64,000 nt of DNA from Nitrospirota bacterium (GTDB lineage: Bacteria; Nitrospirota; UBA9217): contig CAWBNQ010000010.1 in the NCBI GenBank assembly GCA_963790205.1, positions 32,001-96,000 on the forward strand, written 5' to 3'. Position numbers and translations under genes: made by a program. Shown one piece after another: positions 29,294 to 39,428 of this stretch. Position 1 is the first letter of the stretch. The number at the start of each line of letters is the position of its first letter. The notes beneath the pieces are model-generated. The model worked only from the letters and a program-made list of their open reading frames with translations. It ran no database searches and was not told the DNA's origin.

Positions 29294-31711
29294 TTACTTA
29301 ACCTGCACCCAGTCGATCCAGACCTGGCCTTTGTTCCCGTGGGGATATCCGGGGCCTCCTGAAACGTTGAGCGCGCCGGTGTTCGACGTGCCTCCCGTCT
29401 CGCTCATGATGTCGATGGTGTATCCGTTGCCGCCGCTGCCGGTTGATCCGGCCCCGCCCGCGCAGGCGATGCTTCCGGTGTTCGTCACCTTGCCGCCGGC
29501 ATAGATCTGGACGGAGTCGCCACCGCCGCCAATGACTCCGCTACCACCCGAGGCATCTATGGGTCCGGAGTTGGTGATGTTCAGGCCTGATAGGATTCTG
29601 ATGCTATCGCCATTTGCACCGTCTCCGCCGCCGGTTGAGCTGCCCCCCCGCGCAATAAGAGAGCCGGTGTTGCTCACACCGTCATGGCCACTGATATATA
29701 TTCCTCCCGCAATGCCGCCGTCTCCGCTGCCGCCGGTGCCGCCTGACGTATCAAGCTTGCCGGTGTTGGTTATTGTCGATACACCGCCGGGGCCAAAATA
29801 AGCGTTAGTCCCTGTTTGCATACTGATACTGTCATAGTGGAATCCACCTCCGCCCGTACCGCCTGTAACATTCGAGTTTCCCCCCCTGGCCGTTATGTTT
29901 ATTTGATTGATGATGGGCCCCGGCGGCATTGGCGTACTGCCGTTACCGGGATAATCGTTGTAGGTAATGACCTTCATGCTCAAATATCCGTCACCTGTTG
30001 GCACACCACCGCCTATGTCGCCAAAGCCGCCCGAGAGGTTTGCGGATGCGTATCCAAGGAACTGGATGCCGGTATTGGATGCTTCGGCTCCGGATTTGGC
30101 CTGGTAGACGTACAATTTCCCCCCGCGTCCTCCTGTGCCGGTCTGGCTCGCTCCGCCGTTTAGGTACATATTGCCGGAGACCTGAATCGGCCTGACAGGC
30201 GTTGGCGAGCTGCCAGACCCGGCAGCATAGTCATAGGGAACGTAGTTTTGAAGGGTCAGTGTTCCGGCGATCCCGCCGTTATTAGCCCCCATTGAGTCGC
30301 CGCCATTAATGGAAATCTTGCCGCTCGTCCTGATGGCGCCGGAGGCGTACAGGGAAATATTCCACCCATTGCCTCCTGAGCCGCTGTTCGTGGCACTGCC
30401 TGCGTCAGCCGTGATGCTCCCCGAGTTCACGACGTCGCCTGAATACCCCGATTTCCCGGCATAGAGAAGGAACGTTCCGCCATCGCCGCCTCCCGTGGTA
30501 CCGTTCCCGCCTATCTGAGAAAGGGCCGCGGAATTATAGACGCTGCCGTAAAAGGACATGACCTGGAAAACCCCGACAAACCCGGATCCGCCGTTTCCGT
30601 TCTTACCTGTGCCCCCGTTTGCCGTGATGGGGCCTGTGTTGAACAGATCCGAATTGGCGATAATGGAGACTTCTGCGGGCTGACCGCCGGTTGCGCCGGT
30701 TCCGCCGTTCGAGATGAGTTTACCCGTGTTGATGATAACGCCGCCGAGGCCATAAGGTATGGGCCCGGTGCCTTGATCCGCGAGTATCTGGAGGTAAATA
30801 CCGGAGCCCGAGCTCACACCCGCGCTGCCGCCGTCAGCAGTGGAGTCGAAGCTGTTGCCCCCCGAATTGTCGATCGTGCCCTGGTTGATGAAGTAATTGC
30901 CGGCTGAGAGACTGATGTATCCGCCGTCGCCGCCCCGCTGGCCCGCAGATGCGCCGTTCAGCCCTTTGGTGATGATCGACCCGGTCGAGCGGACGAAGAT
31001 CTGCGTATTCGATGACAGGTTGAGGGCGCCCATGTCGCGGTCCGTGGAGGGTCCGAAATGGCGGGTGTCCGTGGAGCCGGAGGTCAAGAGGTCTTCTGTC
31101 TTGATCGTTCCCGCAATGTCCACATCATTTTGGAAATAAAGACAGGCCTCGTCCATACTCCCGTTGCTGTTCGTATCGTTATTAAGGCCAAGCGTGACCG
31201 TAACGCCCGCGTTCACCTTGAGGCCCGTGACATATGCTGCGGGGGGCGCAAAACCCGGCACCGGCACCGTCCCCGTGCCGGTGCTTATAAGTACACTACA
31301 GTCGCTGTCGCCCTGGATGAGATAGAGCGCGCCGCTCGCCAAGGTCTGCGAAGCGCCGCTGATTAATGCGGGGACGGTGGTATCAGCGGTTATGATCTCC
31401 CCGGCCGTACCGAGATCAGTCGGAGGGTTGTAGTTTGGTACGGTGAAGGTTGTCGAGGCGGCTCCGGCCTTCATGATCTTGACGCCTTGCTGCTGATACG
31501 TCTCCATGTACCAGTAGCCGCCATTCCCTCCTGTGCCGCCTGATCCGCCGACAGCGTTTATGGTCCACGATCCCGGAGAGCCGGTTTGCTCGGCCGTTGT
31601 TCCGCTCTCAAGGGGGGGAGTGCTGCTGTTACCACCGTTACCGCCGCTGCATGCTGTCAGCAGACCCGCTGACAGCAAAACAATTCCCCATAACCTGGTC
31701 AGCTTCTTCAT
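29294..31711 (-). CDS. large Gly-rich repeat surface lipoprotein (805 aa)
   Basis: AGGAGG RBS, MKKLTRLWGIVLLSAGLLTAC lipobox; repeated N(T/S)G.I.A.GG...GG.GG.I units. Confidence 0.8.
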   Translation of the reverse strand: MKKLTRLWGIVLLSAGLLTACSGGNGGNSSTPPLESGTTAEQTGSPGSWTINAVGGSGGTGGNGGYWYMETYQQQGVKIMKAGAASTTFTVPNYNPPTDLGTAGEIITADTTVPALISGASQTLASGALYLIQGDSDCSVLISTGTGTVPVPGFAPPAAYVTGLKVNAGVTVTLGLNNDTNSNGSMDEACLYFQNDVDIAGTIKTEDLLTSGSTDTRHFGPSTDRDMGALNLSSNTQIFVRSTGSIITKGLNGASAGQRGGDGGYISLSAGNYFINQGTIDNSGGNSFDSTADGGSAGVSSGSGIYLQILADQGTGPIPYGLGGVIINTGKLISNGGTGATGGQPAEVSIIANSDLFNTGPITANGGTGKNGNGGSGFVGVFQVMSFYGSVYNSAALSQIGGNGTTGGGDGGTFLLYAGKSGYSGDVVNSGSITADAGSATNSGSGGNGWNISLYASGAIRTSGKISINGGDSMGANNGGIAGTLTLQNYVPYDYAAGSGSSPTPVRPIQVSGNMYLNGGASQTGTGGRGGKLYVYQAKSGAEASNTGIQFLGYASANLSGGFGDIGGGVPTGDGYLSMKVITYNDYPGNGSTPMPPGPIINQINITARGGNSNVTGGTGGGGFHYDSISMQTGTNAYFGPGGVSTITNTGKLDTSGGTGGSGDGGIAGGIYISGHDGVSNTGSLIARGGSSTGGGDGANGDSIRILSGLNITNSGPIDASGGSGVIGGGGDSVQIYAGGKVTNTGSIACAGGAGSTGSGGNGYTIDIMSETGGTSNTGALNVSGGPGYPHGNKGQVWIDWVQVK

Positions 31712-31860
31712 ACGTCGTTTCCTCCTTTCAACAAAAAAAGTCGTGAAAAAAGCCTTTGTTCCCGTACGGCTGCGAAGACGCAATTCGTCATCGCACATAT
31801 TTTGGCATTATTGATTTGAATTAATTGATTAAATAGAAAAGCTGATCGTACCTGGATTTT

Positions 31861-31945
31861 CACTTCTCGGGTAGCTCGGCTATCTTAATAGTAAGACCCG
31901 CAGCTTTCCGTCGCCGTCTTACGACGGCTTTGGTTAAAAGTATAG
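31861..31945 (-). ncRNA. GEMM-I (c-di-GMP-I family) riboswitch, c-AMP-GMP-type variant
   Basis: Minus strand TACTTTTAACCAAAGCCGTC-GTAA-GACGGCGACGGAAAGCTGCGGGTCTTACTATTAAGATAGCCGAGCTACCCGAGAAGTG: GNRA-capped P2, CGGAAAG junction, P3, and P1 pairing. Confidence 0.85.
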
Positions 31946-32239
31946 CAAAGATTAATTGAACATTCCAACCTGAAAAGTATAATGCTGTTGGCAGTTTGTC
32001 CGTTCTACACTAGTAGGTGTGGGTCGGATTGCCAGAATAAGAAAGTGGCCATACCCATCCAAATACGCATTCAGGAAATAATTGATAGGCGTGGTGGGGA
32101 CGAATTTGCGGAACACCGCTTGGATCAAGCACGCTGAAGATTCAAGGAAGGTGGTATGGCTGACACCAAGGGCGAGAAAGGAAATGAGGTTGAACTTTGC
32201 TTAATAAGGGACAGGTTGAAGAGACTGCCCTGAAAATTA

Positions 32240-32812
32240 TCACAAACTGCCGCATTTTTCCTTGTAAATCAACTTCAGGCGTCCTTCGGGTTTATCGTTC
32301 ATAACCTCAAGCATTATGCATCCGCTGGGCGTGCTCCAGATATCAAGTCTCTGGTAAAACGATATTTCCTCAGGTTTTGCTGATTTCGACGGCGTCCCGA
32401 ACTCCGAGACCAAGACATTGAGAAACTCTTTGTAAGTGTCCAAAAGGTTATCGCGCGTTTTTAATTGGTTTTGTTCAATCTTGCCTTCAAATGTAATTTC
32501 GACCTCGTAAAGTTGTGAACTGATAAATCTTAAAATCGTTTCTTTTATCGGAGGCGTGAAAAGGTCATCCTTCCTGGCGATCCCGAACCCCCTGGAGAAA
32601 TCAACGCCCTGGAATTCTTTTATCCTGTTGCAGAAGTAATAGTCTCCTTCTTTGCCAACCGCGAAATAAGGCCCGCACTTATCCTTAGCATTTTCAGGTG
32701 TCATTCTCCAATATAGGCCGGCATATCCGGTAATGTCCTTCTTTTCTCTCGCACCCGCAGATTGGCCGAAAAAAAAGGCACAAGACAAGATAATGGCAAT
32801 TAAATATTTCAT
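32240..32812 (-). CDS. secreted hypothetical protein
   Basis: GAGGAG RBS, signal peptide MKYLIAIILSCAFFFGQSAGA. Confidence 0.65.
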   Translation of the reverse strand: MKYLIAIILSCAFFFGQSAGAREKKDITGYAGLYWRMTPENAKDKCGPYFAVGKEGDYYFCNRIKEFQGVDFSRGFGIARKDDLFTPPIKETILRFISSQLYEVEITFEGKIEQNQLKTRDNLLDTYKEFLNVLVSEFGTPSKSAKPEEISFYQRLDIWSTPSGCIMLEVMNDKPEGRLKLIYKEKCGSL

Positions 32813-32968
32813 GCTCTCCTCGTTTGATGTTCCCATAATACTCATTCTCTGAACTCTTGTCTATATAATCATTGCTGCTTTTGAGTTGAAGTATGAATGT
32901 TCCTGAATGACGCAACTACCGCAAAGTTCAGGATGAAGTTTACAGTCGCTAACACCAGCCACTTTTTT

Positions 32969-34528
32969 TCATGTCAGCAGCAGCTGGTTCTCTTTCGACC
33001 TGCTCTCCCCCACATTCGACACGTAGATCGCCGGCCTGCCGAGCACCGGGCATTTGGCCTCGCAGATGCCGCAGCCGATGCAGAGTTCGAGGTCCACGTG
33101 GGGCTGCTTTACGGTTGTGACCTTTCCCTGCCGGTCGCGCACCCGGACTTCCTCGAACCAGATGGCCTTCTTCGAGGTGGGGCAGACCTCTTCGCACATG
33201 ATGCACGGCCGGGCCTGCGCCCAGGGGAGGCACCTTCCCTTGTCGATCATGGCAAGGCCTATCCTGACCTTCGCCTTTTCTTCGAGGCTCAGCCGCTTGA
33301 TCGCGCCCGTGGGGCAGACCTGGCCGCAGAGCGTGCAGCGATACTCGCAGTACCCGATGCGCGGCACGAGCATGGGCGACCAGATCCCCTCGACGCCGGC
33401 CTCGAACAGCGTGGGCTGGAGCCCGTTCGTGGTGCAGACCTTCATGCACTCGCCGCATTTCACGCAGCGTTTGAGAAACTCCTTCTCTTCAAGCGCTCCC
33501 GGAGGACGCAATAGCACCGGGTCCTGGGCGCCCGCTTTCGCGATCGGGACCGCGCGCAGGAGCGGCACGGTGACGACGCCGGTGACGAAGGAAGCGATAA
33601 CGCGCCTTCTGCCCAGGTCCATGGCCGCGGTCCCCGTCTTTCGTTTGAACTCGAAGCTGACGGCATTCTGCGGGCAGATATCGTCGCAGTTCCTGCACCC
33701 GAGACATTCCGTATCGCGCCAGTGTTCTTTGACGTCAGGCTGGGCATTTCCCTGGCATGCGGTCGCACAGACGCCGCAGGAGGTGCAGTCTTCGCTCACC
33801 GACCGCTTCAGGAATGAAAAGCGGGAGAGGATGCCGAGGAACGCTCCGAGCGGACAGAGATATTTGCACCAGAACCTCTTCTCGATGAAGTTCAGCCCCA
33901 GGACAATGAAAAAGAGCGTACCGATGAGCACGCTCTGATTGTACGATGACTGCTCAAAGGTGAGCACGGTCTTTTTGAGGACCGTATACAAGGGCTCGGT
34001 GACAGCGGCGATGCCCGCCGGATTTACGCTGTATATCGTGTCGAAGAGGGAGCGGACGCCGTAATTGAAGAGTGGAAAGCCGCTGATCGAGAGCGACCGG
34101 ATGAGGAGCGAGAGCGGGTCCATGACCCCCACGGGCTGGAGCGTGAACAGGGCCGAGGCCATGATGGCGATAAGGAGATAATACTTTACGCGGTACCATT
34201 TTTCGTACATCCCCACAGGCCGTTTTTTCCTGATCGAGCCTGCAAGGGTATTGAGCGTGCCCAGGGGGCAGGCCCAGCCGCAGAACACCCGGCCGAAGAG
34301 GATGGTGATGACGATCGTGACAAGGGAGAAATAGAACGCCTTTGCCGCTGCGTGGGCAGCGAGGAGAGTTGTAACCAGGATGAGGGGGTCGAAGTCGAGA
34401 AAGAGCCGCGCCGGATAGCCAAGCTCGTCGTTACCCTTGGACTCGGTCTGGATGAACAGAAAGAGGAAAAGGAGCAGGAAGAGGCCCTGGACAAGCCTGC
34501 GTGTATTTTGGATAGTGAATAAACGCAT
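32969..34528 (-). CDS. membrane polyferredoxin (NapH/MauN-NapG/MauM-like fusion)
   Basis: FCGWACPLG, RFWCKYLCPLG, LRPPGA, multiple CxxCxxCxxxCP motifs. Confidence 0.88.
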   Translation of the reverse strand: MRLFTIQNTRRLVQGLFLLLFLFLFIQTESKGNDELGYPARLFLDFDPLILVTTLLAAHAAAKAFYFSLVTIVITILFGRVFCGWACPLGTLNTLAGSIRKKRPVGMYEKWYRVKYYLLIAIMASALFTLQPVGVMDPLSLLIRSLSISGFPLFNYGVRSLFDTIYSVNPAGIAAVTEPLYTVLKKTVLTFEQSSYNQSVLIGTLFFIVLGLNFIEKRFWCKYLCPLGAFLGILSRFSFLKRSVSEDCTSCGVCATACQGNAQPDVKEHWRDTECLGCRNCDDICPQNAVSFEFKRKTGTAAMDLGRRRVIASFVTGVVTVPLLRAVPIAKAGAQDPVLLRPPGALEEKEFLKRCVKCGECMKVCTTNGLQPTLFEAGVEGIWSPMLVPRIGYCEYRCTLCGQVCPTGAIKRLSLEEKAKVRIGLAMIDKGRCLPWAQARPCIMCEEVCPTSKKAIWFEEVRVRDRQGKVTTVKQPHVDLELCIGCGICEAKCPVLGRPAIYVSNVGESRSKENQLLLT

Positions 34529-34556
34529 TTTCTAAGCCTCAATGCCTATCGATCTT

Positions 34557-34928
34557 TCATCCTCCCACCTCGCGGGGGAGGACCGAGGTGGGGGGCAGGT
34601 CGCTGCATGCTTCTCTTATTTTTTCCAGCACACCAGCAATGTTCATCAGAATATCATTATTCCAGAATCGCAATATCATAAAACCCTGCTTTTTCAAGTA
34701 TTCATCGCGAATGCGATCTGTATCACTTCCGCTATGCTGTCCGCCGTCAGCCTCTATAATAAGTCTCTTTTCGAAGCAAACGAAATCAACAATGTAGTGG
34801 TCTATCGGAACCTGTCGCCTGAACCGCAGGCCCCCCATCTGGTTCAGCCGAATGTGTTTCCATAAAAAGCGTTCTGCCTCCGTGGGATTTTTTCTCAGCA
34901 CCCTTGCCCTTGCAGTCAGTCGAGGCAA
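34557..34928 (-). CDS. DUF559 (Vsr-like) endonuclease-domain protein
   Basis: AR.LRKNPTEAE..LW, FRRQVPI..YIVDF, IEADGGQH, ILRFWNND. Confidence 0.88.
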   Translation of the reverse strand: MPRLTARARVLRKNPTEAERFLWKHIRLNQMGGLRFRRQVPIDHYIVDFVCFEKRLIIEADGGQHSGSDTDRIRDEYLKKQGFMILRFWNNDILMNIAGVLEKIREACSDLPPTSVLPREVGG

Positions 34929-34973
34929 TTCTTGCTACCCCCACCCTACCCCTCCCCCGTTACAGGGGGAGGG
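34560..34973. repeat. inverted pair of CCCTCCCC..GGGGAGGG REP-like palindromes bracketing the DUF559 gene
   Basis: Copies at ~34560-34595 and ~34938-34973, opposite orientation. Confidence 0.65.
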
Positions 34974-35000
34974 AATGCCGTCACAAGTTGTACGGGTCAG

Positions 35001-35903
35001 CTACGCCTGTACCTTCTTTATCCTCAGTTTATTCAAGTCCATCTGCCCGAGCCCCCTTTTGTGCGCAAGCGTCACATACCCGAGGTCGCTCCCCTTCATG
35101 CCGAAGAGCGTCGCCCCGTAGGAGTCGATCGCGACCGGATCGACGCCCACGATGACCGTATCCAGCTTTTTCACGTCCGCGAGGCTCCCTCCCTGCGGGC
35201 CGTTGGCCGTCAGGATGCGCACGGCGTCGAGGATCGTGAGCGTGGGTTTGATCTTCGTGGAAAGGTCCACGAGGCTCTCATCCAGCTTCTGGTGGATCTG
35301 GCGGCGCGACCCGCCCATCACGCCCATCCAGTTCTTCATGGACATGGTGAGCTTTGCAAGGCCATGGTGCTTTGCGATCGGGATATTGATCACCTTGTCG
35401 GCTTCAAAGACCTCGGTATACAGCGGCCAGGACTTGAGCGCCGAGCCGTTGATGTCCATGTCCTTGAACTTCCGGTCGTCCGCGTAATCCACGTTCGCGC
35501 CCAGCGCGCCGGCCGCAGCGGCGATCCCGCTCTGGACAAAGCACCGCCGCGGATCGTTCACCGGCCGGTCGAAGACCCTGACCTTTTTGGCACCCGCCTC
35601 GAAGCAGAGCTTGACGACCGCCGCGACAACCTCGGGGTTCGTGTTCCCCGCCTGCTCCGGCGTCCGGTCCCAGCCGATGTTCGGTTTAATGACCACCACG
35701 TCGCCGCGGGAAATGAACTTCCTGATGCCGCCCATGGCGTCAAGAGCGGCCTTCACGATCAGTTCGGGAGAGGCTCCGTGCGCGACCACGAGGTCCGGCC
35801 GCATTGCCCGCTCGGCCGCTTCGGCAAGCGCGTCCAGCCCTCCGGGCATCGACAACCCCGCGCCCGTAAGCGCGGCAAGCTTCAGGAACTTTCTGCGATC
35901 CAT
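35001..35903 (-). CDS. Tat-exported DUF362 protein
   Basis: MDRRKFLK twin-arginine; VVIKPNIGWDR.PEQAGNTNP; IPIAKHH..LTMSMKNWMG; NGPQGG. Confidence 0.88.
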   Translation of the reverse strand: MDRRKFLKLAALTGAGLSMPGGLDALAEAAERAMRPDLVVAHGASPELIVKAALDAMGGIRKFISRGDVVVIKPNIGWDRTPEQAGNTNPEVVAAVVKLCFEAGAKKVRVFDRPVNDPRRCFVQSGIAAAAGALGANVDYADDRKFKDMDINGSALKSWPLYTEVFEADKVINIPIAKHHGLAKLTMSMKNWMGVMGGSRRQIHQKLDESLVDLSTKIKPTLTILDAVRILTANGPQGGSLADVKKLDTVIVGVDPVAIDSYGATLFGMKGSDLGYVTLAHKRGLGQMDLNKLRIKKVQA

Positions 35904-35906
35904 GGG

Positions 35907-37277
35907 TCACCTCACCTTTCCCCTCGCGAGCGACGCGAAGATGCCGGCGAAACAGAGAACGGCAAAAAGGGAGAACGCGGTCCGCACGCTCTTCAAAAAG
36001 AGCGGATAATTTTCCGGCGTGATGCGCGCGCTCCCGATATGCACCGAGAAGATGAGCATGGCGATGCCCATGGAGAGCATCTGGCCGGTGAGCCGCATGG
36101 TCCCGAGCGTAGCCGAACCGATGCCGTAGAACCGTTTGTCGATGGAGCTCATGACCGCGTTCGTGTTCGGCGACGAGAAAAGGGCGAACCCGAACCCGAG
36201 CAGCACGAGACCGGACACGATGGACCCGGGGTGCGTGTCCGCGTTCAGGAAGGTGAAGAGAAAAAGCCCGACCGCCGCGAACGCCATGCCGATGGACGCA
36301 ACGACCCTCGGTTCTATTTTATCAGAAAGCTTGCCCGCGGAAGGCGAAAAGATGACCATGACCAGGGGCTGCGCAACGAGGACCAGGCCTGCGTGCTGGG
36401 GGGTAAATCCCTTGATATATTGCAGATAGAGGCTCAGGAGAAATCCCACGGCAAAGGTGGCGCTGTAGTTGATCAGGGCGGCGAGATTGGAGAAGGTAAA
36501 AGCGGCGTTCCCGATGAACAGGTCCATGTTGAGCAGCGGGCTTTCGGCCTTCCTTTCCCACGCGATGAAGAGGGCCGCTCCGCCGATGCCGATGAGGATC
36601 AGCCATGCGCCCGCTTGCGCAGGCAGGCGCGAGAGCCCCTCCATGAGCGCCACCAGGGTGACCCCGTAGATCACGGAGCCGGCGCGATCGAACTTCTCGC
36701 CCCGCGAACCCGCCCACTCTCCCTGCAGTTTGGTCAGGAGCAGATAGATCACGAGCAGTCCGATCGGGATGTTCACGAGAAAGATGCTCCGCCACCCGAA
36801 CTGATGGGTCAAAAACCCGCCGAGAAAGGGGCCGAGCGACAGGCCGAGATACACGGCGGCCACATTGATCCCGAGCACTCTTCCCCGCTCGCCCGGAGGG
36901 AACACGGACGTAACGATCGCCATGCCCGTGCCGAAGATCATGGCCCCTCCGACCCCTTCAAGCACGCGGAACGCGATGAGCAGCGACGCGGTCGGGGAAA
37001 AGGCCAGGAGCAGGGCCGCCAGCGTGTAAAGCGAGATGCCGTAGAGGAATATCCTCTTCCGTCCGTAGATGTCGGCGATCCTGCCGAAGGGCACGAGGAA
37101 CACGGCGGCCGCGAGCAGATAGGCCGTGGGGATCCAGCTCAAGGCCACGGCGCTCATGTTGAATTCCCGGCCGATGGCGGGAAGCGCGATATTGATCGAC
37201 GATACCATGAAGGGAGTGAGGAACGCGGCGAGAACGGCGATCAGGAGGGCCGAGCGTTTTAGAGCATTATCATTCAT
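35907..37277 (-). CDS. MFS (DHA2-like) transporter
   Basis: GRIADIYGRKR motif A, ~14 TM segments, GWRSIFLVN. Confidence 0.9.
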   Translation of the reverse strand: MNDNALKRSALLIAVLAAFLTPFMVSSINIALPAIGREFNMSAVALSWIPTAYLLAAAVFLVPFGRIADIYGRKRIFLYGISLYTLAALLLAFSPTASLLIAFRVLEGVGGAMIFGTGMAIVTSVFPPGERGRVLGINVAAVYLGLSLGPFLGGFLTHQFGWRSIFLVNIPIGLLVIYLLLTKLQGEWAGSRGEKFDRAGSVIYGVTLVALMEGLSRLPAQAGAWLILIGIGGAALFIAWERKAESPLLNMDLFIGNAAFTFSNLAALINYSATFAVGFLLSLYLQYIKGFTPQHAGLVLVAQPLVMVIFSPSAGKLSDKIEPRVVASIGMAFAAVGLFLFTFLNADTHPGSIVSGLVLLGFGFALFSSPNTNAVMSSIDKRFYGIGSATLGTMRLTGQMLSMGIAMLIFSVHIGSARITPENYPLFLKSVRTAFSLFAVLCFAGIFASLARGKVR

Positions 37278-37304
37278 GAACTCTGTCCTGCCCGGCAGGC
37301 GCTC

Positions 37305-37523
37305 CTATCTGAACTTCCCGATGAGATAGAGGATGAGGCTGATGATGATACTGATGATGATGCTCGTGGCCAGCGGAAAATAGAAGGTGAAATTATCTTT
37401 TTTGATGAGAATATCGCCGGGGAGCTTCCCCGGGAACGGCGTTTTCTGGAACAAGAGCAGAACGAGGCCGACCACGATGAGCACGACCCCGATCAGGATT
37501 ATCGCTTTGGCCGTCTCACCCAT
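37305..37523 (-). CDS. DUF2905 small membrane protein
   Basis: GKLPGDI.IK..NFTFYFPLATSIIIS. Confidence 0.88.
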   Translation of the reverse strand: MGETAKAIILIGVVLIVVGLVLLLFQKTPFPGKLPGDILIKKDNFTFYFPLATSIIISIIISLILYLIGKFR

Positions 37524-37530
37524 AGCGGTC

Positions 37531-38373
37531 CTATTCGGAGAAAAAGTCGAGGATCCTGCCCAGGGTCGCGCGCATCTCCTTGCGCGGGACGATCATGTCG
37601 ATCATGCCGTGATCGAGCAGGAACTCCGCCCGCTGGAACCCCGCGGGAAGCTGTTGCTTGATCGTCTGTTCGATCACGCGGGGGCCTGCAAACCCGATAA
37701 GGCTCTTGGGTTCCGCCACGATAAGGTCCCCGAGCATGGCGAAACTCGCCGTGACCCCGCCGAAGGTCGGATCGGTGAGCACCGAGATGAAGGGAAGCCC
37801 GGCCTCGCCCAGCCGCGCAACGGCCGCCGAGGTCTTGGCCATCTGCATGAGGGAAAGGATCCCCTCCTGCATCCGAGCCCCGCCCGAGGAAGCCACCGAC
37901 ACGAAGGGCGTCCTCTTCTCCAGCGCCCGCTCCACGGCCCGGGCGATCTTCTCGCCCACGACCGAACCCATGCTGCCGCCCATAAAGTTGAAGTCCATGA
38001 TGACGAGCGAAACAGGTCTTCCGCCGATCTTGGCCTCGCCGGAGATGACCGCGTCCTTGAGACCGGTCTTTTTGCGGCTGCTCTTGAGCTTGTCCTTGTA
38101 GTCCTTGAACCCAAGAAAATCCTTGGGCGAGAGACCATCCTCAACCTCAAGAAAGCTCCCTTCGTCCACCAGGTAGGGCAGCCGCTCCGACGCCGTGATG
38201 CGGAAATGGTAGTCGCACTTGGGACAGACCTTGAAGTTCTTGTCTACCTCTTTGCGATAGATGATCTCTTTGCAATTGTCGCACTTGACCCACAATCCCT
38301 CGGGTATCTTGACCTTCTTGGGCGGGGCCTCGGGAGCGGCGCTTTCGGGCCGTTCTTTCTTAAACCAAGCCAT
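37531..38373 (-). CDS. accD: acetyl-CoA carboxylase carboxyltransferase beta subunit
   Basis: [13 protein letters not shown] Zn finger, [33 protein letters not shown]. Confidence 0.96.
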   Translation of the reverse strand: MAWFKKERPESAAPEAPPKKVKIPEGLWVKCDNCKEIIYRKEVDKNFKVCPKCDYHFRITASERLPYLVDEGSFLEVEDGLSPKDFLGFKDYKDKLKSSRKKTGLKDAVISGEAKIGGRPVSLVIMDFNFMGGSMGSVVGEKIARAVERALEKRTPFVSVASSGGARMQEGILSLMQMAKTSAAVARLGEAGLPFISVLTDPTFGGVTASFAMLGDLIVAEPKSLIGFAGPRVIEQTIKQQLPAGFQRAEFLLDHGMIDMIVPRKEMRATLGRILDFFSE

Positions 38374-38519
38374 GACTCTCCTCTACAACAAGCGCCAAAT
38401 CTCAAGCATCAAATCTCAAATAATGTTCAAAATAACAATGACCGAAATTCAAAACTGTTTTGGATATTGAAATTTGGCATTTGGAGCTTATTGGTAATTT
38501 GGATTTTGCTCTTTAGAGC

Positions 38520-39287
38520 TTAAAAATGATACGTCTTCCCCTCCTGGAGGATCTTCACGTTCTTCCTGCCGAGGGCCTTGAGTTCGCTGAGCACTTTCCT
38601 TTTATGGACCGGCTTTACATGATAGACATAGATCGGCACGTCATTGCCGATCTTTGCCTTGGCAAGATCGTTGTGGAGCTGGCCCGGCGTAAAGTGACCG
38701 CTCAGGTGGGCGATCATATCGAGGCTGTTCGGGAACGAAGTGTCCACGATGATTGCCTTGAGATTCTTTACCTTGGCCGCCTCCTTCCAGAGGCCCTCAT
38801 TCGGCCCGGTATCGGCGCTATAAAGGAGGGAAGCTTTCCCGTCATTCACGATGAAACCGACGGCGGGGACGGGGTGGTTCATGGGGATAGTCTTTACCTT
38901 CAGCCCGGCGATGCTCACCGTAGCGCCTATCGCCATCGGTTTATACGTCAGCACCGGATTTTTGGCATTCGGAATCTTGGTAAAGTCCGGCCAGATGATG
39001 TCGTTCATCAGGTGTTTTTTTATTGCATCGATCACCGCGGGGATTGCCCGGATATTCACCGGTTTTTTGATGCGGCCGATGATGTTGTCCGCCAGAAACA
39101 AGACCGATTTGATATGGTCAAGGTGCGTATGACTGATAAAAATATCGGTGATCCTGCTCTGCGCTTCGATGCTCAGCGCCGCCGTGATGGTGCCCGCGTC
39201 GAGCATCAGAACGTCGTTGACGAGAAAACCCGGAGGCATATGGCCGATCGTCTCCGAACCGGAGCATCCCAGTATCCTTACCTTCAT
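38520..39287 (-). CDS. 3',5'-cyclic nucleotide phosphodiesterase (class II, metallo-beta-lactamase fold)
   Basis: LDAGT, SHTHLDHI, MNDIIWPDFT.IP, NHPVP, SFPN, SGHFTP, YHVKP. Confidence 0.85.
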   Translation of the reverse strand: MKVRILGCSGSETIGHMPPGFLVNDVLMLDAGTITAALSIEAQSRITDIFISHTHLDHIKSVLFLADNIIGRIKKPVNIRAIPAVIDAIKKHLMNDIIWPDFTKIPNAKNPVLTYKPMAIGATVSIAGLKVKTIPMNHPVPAVGFIVNDGKASLLYSADTGPNEGLWKEAAKVKNLKAIIVDTSFPNSLDMIAHLSGHFTPGQLHNDLAKAKIGNDVPIYVYHVKPVHKRKVLSELKALGRKNVKILQEGKTYHF

Positions 39288-39428
39288 TCACCCTCCTTCA
39301 TATGCGGAACATTCTAATATCGAAGTCCCTCCTACCAAACAAAACCAGTATTCGAAAATCAAAAAAGTTTTGATTTACCTCTTTTTGAATTTATTCAGAG
39401 TTTAGAAATTCGTATTTAGGATTTGAGA

